Below are positions 60,743 through 64,000 of a DNA stretch of 64,000 nucleotides, one piece after another. The position numbers and the translations under genes were made by a program. Every line of letters begins with the position of its first letter. Positions within the stretch are counted from its first letter, which is position 1. Below the pieces are notes generated by a model. It searched no databases, had not been told where the DNA came from, and saw only the letters and a program-made list of their open reading frames with translations. The DNA comes from an uncultured Acidobacteriota bacterium (lineage in GTDB: Bacteria; Acidobacteriota; Vicinamibacteria; Vicinamibacterales; SCN-69-37), in NCBI GenBank assembly GCA_963730095.1, contig CAVSQJ010000002.1, positions 907,427-971,426 on the forward strand, written 5' to 3'.

Positions 60743-62294
60743 ATGGCAGACGCAGATGTGCTCATCGTCGGCTCCGGATTCGGCGGCGCAGTCACGGCGT
60801 GCCGGCTCGCCGAGGCCGGCGCGAAAGTGATCGTGCTCGAGCGCGGGCGCGAGTGGGGGCCCGACACGTTTCCGCGCAAGCCGACCGACGCGTGGGTGTG
60901 GGACCAGAGCAATCCGGCGGCGCTGCAACGGCTGGTTCGACATCCGCATGTTCCCGCACATGACGGTCGCGACCGGCGCCGGCGTCGGCGGCGGCTCGCT
61001 GGTCTACGCGAACATCTCCGTCGAGGCCAAGCGCGACTCGTTCGACGAGGGCTGGCCGCCCGAGATCACGTACGCGGCGCTCGCGCCGCACTACGCCGAA
61101 GTCGGGCGGGTCATGGAGATCACGCCTGTCCCCGAGGCGCAGTGGCCGCAGCGCACGAAGCTGCTGAAGGACGCGGCGACCGCAGCCGGCTGGGCCGATC
61201 GCTTCCGCCCGCTCGGCCTCGCGGCGCGCTTCGATCCCGCGTGGTCGTACGATCTGCCGAATCCGCACGATCCCGCGCGGTCGAAGACGGTCAAGAACAT
61301 CCACGGAATCGACGCAGGGCACGTGCGTCCATCTCGGCCAGTGCGACATCGGCTGCTCGGTCAAGGCGCGCAACACGCTCGACTTCAACTACCTCGCGGA
61401 GGCGAAGAAATCCGGCGCGACGATTCGTCCGCTGCATCTGGTGCGCAGCATCAAGCCTGTGGCGGGCGGCTACGAGCTGAGCGTCGATCAGATCGCCGGC
61501 GGCAAGCTCACGCCCATCACGCTCACCGCGCCGCGCGTCATCGTCGCCGGCGGCTCGCTCGGGTCGACCGAGCTGCTGCTGCGATCGCGTCCGGGATTGC
61601 CCAACCTCAGCGCGCGCCTCGGCCGCGGCTGGAGCAGCAACGGCGATTTCCTCACGCCGGCGATCCATTGGCTTCGCACCGTGGATCCGACGCACGGGCC
61701 CACGATCACGGCCGCGATCGATCTGCTCGACGGCGCGTATCAGGGGCGGCAGATTTTCATCGAGGACGGCGGGTTCCCCGATCCGGCGGCCGATCAGCTG
61801 CGCACGGCGTCGGCCGATCCGAACCCCAGCGAGTTCATGCAGCGCGTGACGACGTCGCTCATGCCGGTGCTGAGCTCGATCGACGTCATCCGCCGCGTGA
61901 TGCCATGGTTCGCGCAGTCACGCGATGCGGCCGACGGCGTCATGTCGCTGCAGGCCGGACAGCTCGCGCTCGACTGGGACATCACGGCTTCGAAGCCGAC
62001 GCTCGATGCCGTCGTGTCCGCGCACCAGTTGCTCGCGCAGCTCACCGGCGGCGTGGCGCTCACGCCGCTCACGTGGACGATCGGCCACGACCTCGATCAC
62101 GCCGCACCCGCTCGGCGGCTGCAACATGGGCACGTCCGCGGCCACCGGCGTCGTCGACTGGAAAGGCGAGGTGTTCGGCTACCCGGGTCTGTTCGTCGCC
62201 GACGGCGCGATCGTGCCGAAGGCCATCGGGCCTCAACCCGTCGCGCACGATCGCGGCGCTCGCCGAGCACATTTCCGCGCAGCTTATCAAGTAG
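60743..62294 (+). pseudogene. GMC-family FAD oxidoreductase (cholesterol-oxidase-like), four frame breaks (~60924-60929, ~61312-61321, ~62093-62098, ~62228-62234)
   Basis: VLIVGSGFGGAVTACRLAEAG...SNPAAL | NGWFDIRMFPHMTVATGAGVGGGSLVYAN...HGIDA | GTCVHLGQCDIGCSVKARNTLDFNYL...TWTIGHDL | ITPHPLGGCNMG...DGAIVPKAIG | LNPSRTIAALAEHISAQLIK*. Confidence 0.85.
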
Positions 62295-62295
62295 G

Positions 62296-63592
62296 ATGCG
62301 CCGGTCACGCCGAGCTCTGACGGTCGTCTGTTTCGTCCTTCTCATAGCGCTGCCACAAACGCGCGCGGCTGACGAGCGCGCCATCGCGGCGTGGATCGAC
62401 GCGCACAACGACGCGGCGCTGGCGCTGCTCGAGCGCGCCGTCAACATCAACAGCGGTACCGACAATCTCGCCGGCGTGCGGCAGGTCGGCGCGCTCTTTC
62501 GCGCCGAGTTCGACGCGCTCGGGTTCAAGACGACGTGGGTCGATGGCGCGGAGTTCAAGCGCGCGGGCCATCTCGTCGCCGTGCACGAAGGCCGCGGGCC
62601 GAAAATCCTGCTCATCGGCCATCTCGACACCGTCTTTCCCGCCGACAGTCCGTTTCAAAAGTTCGAGCGCATCGACGCCAGGACGGCCAGGGGCCCGGGC
62701 GTCATCGACATGAAGGGCGGCGACGTCATCATCGTCCAGGCCCTGAAAGCGCTGCAGGCCGCGGGCGCGCTCGCGGCGATGAACGTCACGGTCGTGATGA
62801 CGGGAGACGAAGAGGACGGCGGCCGGCCGCTGAGCAAGGCGCGAGCCGCGCTCGTCGAGGCCGGCAAGGGCGCGAGCGTCGCGCTCGGCTTCGAGGACGG
62901 CGACGGCGATCCCGCGCACGCCGTCGTCGCGCGCCGCGGCACGACGGGCTGGATCCTGACCACGACCGGCACGCCCGCGCATTCGTCGCAGATCTTTCAA
63001 AACGACGTCGGCGACGGCGCGATCTTCGAGGCCGCGCGGATCCTGGACGGCTTCCGCACGAAGCTGTCGTCGGAAGCGCACCTCACGTTCAATCCGGGCG
63101 TGATGCTTGGCGGCACCGCCGTCGATTTCAACAGCCAGCAGGCGCGCGGCACCGCCTTTGGCAAGACGAACGTCGTCGCCGAGCACGTGACGGTTGCAGG
63201 TGACCTGCGCGCGCTCACGCCCGATCAATTCGCGCAGGCGAGAAAAACGATGGAGGCGATCGTGGCGGCGTCGTTGCCCAAGACGCACGCCGAAATTGTG
63301 TTCGACGAAGGCTATCCGCCGCTCGCGCCGACGCCGGGCAACAGCGAACTGTTGACGCTCTACGACACGGTGAGCCGATCGCTCGGCCTCGGCGCGGTCG
63401 AAGCCGTGAGCCCGGACAAGGCCGGGGCGGCCGACGTCTCGTTCGTCGCGAGCGAGATTCCGATGATCATCGACGCCATCGGCCTCAAGGGCCATGACGA
63501 CCACACGCCTGGCGAGACGGCCGATCTCTCGACGCTGCCGACGCAAACCAAGCGCGCGGCCGTGACGCTTGCTAAGATTGGCGGCGCGTTAG
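62296..63592 (+). CDS. M20-family metallopeptidase (carboxypeptidase G2-like); natural stop probably lost by a frame break near 63555-63570
   Basis: ATG at 62296, 1 nt after the GMC stop. Signal peptide; IGHLDTVF, GPGVIDMKGG, MTGDEEDGG. As sequenced, the ORF runs on to 63777, antisense into the MFS gene. The +1 frame gives ...RLLRLAAR* ending at 63592. Confidence 0.75.
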
Positions 63593-64000
63593 GCGAGTAC
63601 GGGTGCCCCAGCGTCCGCCTGTTCCGGCCGCGTGATCCGCCACACGATCCCGATCGCAGCTGCCAGCAGCGCGGCTGCGAGCAGGAACGGCGCGCCCGGC
63701 AGGTGCCAGTCGCGCTTCGATCCGATGAACGTCGCGAACGTGAGCGAGAACAGCGCGGGCCCGAGGATGCCCGGTGATCGTGACGACGCTCGCGAGCGCG
63801 CCTTGCAGTTGTCCTTGTTCCGACGGCCCGACGCGGCGCGTCATCAAGCCTTGCGCCGACGGTCCGTACAGGCCCCAGAACGCCATGACGAGAATGCCGC
63901 TCGCGAAGCGCGCGCCGGTCGCCGCGAGGCCGTAGATCAAGAACGCCGCGGCGCCGAAGCTCAGGCCCGTGATGAGCGTGCGCCGCTCGCCCAGACGAGC
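63589..64000 (-). pseudogene. MFS transporter (TetA/TCR-like), 5' part outside the window, one frame break at ~63766-63774
   Basis: ...LITGLSFGAAAFLIYGLAATG...GPSEQGQLQGALASVVTITG | ILGPALFSLTFATFIGSKRDWHLPGAPFLLAAALLAAAIGIVWRI...APVLA*. Confidence 0.75.

Overview
A visibly high-GC chromosomal window whose gene content looks Acidobacteria-like: CarboxypepD_reg-type TonB-dependent receptors, PadR plus duplicated FtsX ('ADOP') permeases, a DUF1800/DUF1501 pair and a Ser/Thr kinase with TPR repeats. It holds about 50 protein genes. I recognised no rRNA, tRNA, CRISPR array, integrase or transposase. Core metabolism dominates. There is a lysine/DAP operon (asd-lysC-dapB-dapA-dapD-dapE-like, 9.2-15.2 kb). 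There is also a nearly complete arginine cluster (argC-argB-argD-GNAT-argJ-argF, divergent from argR-argG-argH, 45-54 kb) with an ARG-box-like site over the argC start.

Four things go beyond routine annotation:

1. Most intergenic spacers longer than about 50 bp are filled by tandem arrays of 7-10 nt units (GGTTCCNRG, GCACC, TGAAGGGC, GGTACGTCA, ATTGAAGA, GCTTARG). These are often arranged as long imperfect inverted arms. One pair of arms brackets a 430-bp spacer that carries a ribbon-helix-helix-like gene remnant.
2. A two-gene module (secreted LolA-like protein plus receptor barrel) is tandemly duplicated next to a histidine kinase. That kinase is missing from the ORF track because its frame runs off the window edge.
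3. About 28 reading-frame disruptions, mostly of the one-extra-base type, hit conserved and often essential genes between 27.4 and 64 kb: glnS, ggt, argC/D/J/H, an M16 peptidase, an amidase, a GMC oxidoreductase and others. I found only one compensated pair in the first 27 kb. I think this is more likely uncorrected sequence error than gene decay, but it needs read-level checking.
4. Several small or orphan genes merit a look: a 2-TM channel-like protein with a degenerate selectivity filter, a SLATT/DUF4231-like 2-TM protein downstream of argH, and an intact patatin-like lipase tightly linked to a cholesterol-oxidase-like GMC gene.

All functional calls come from motif recognition by eye; no database search was run.
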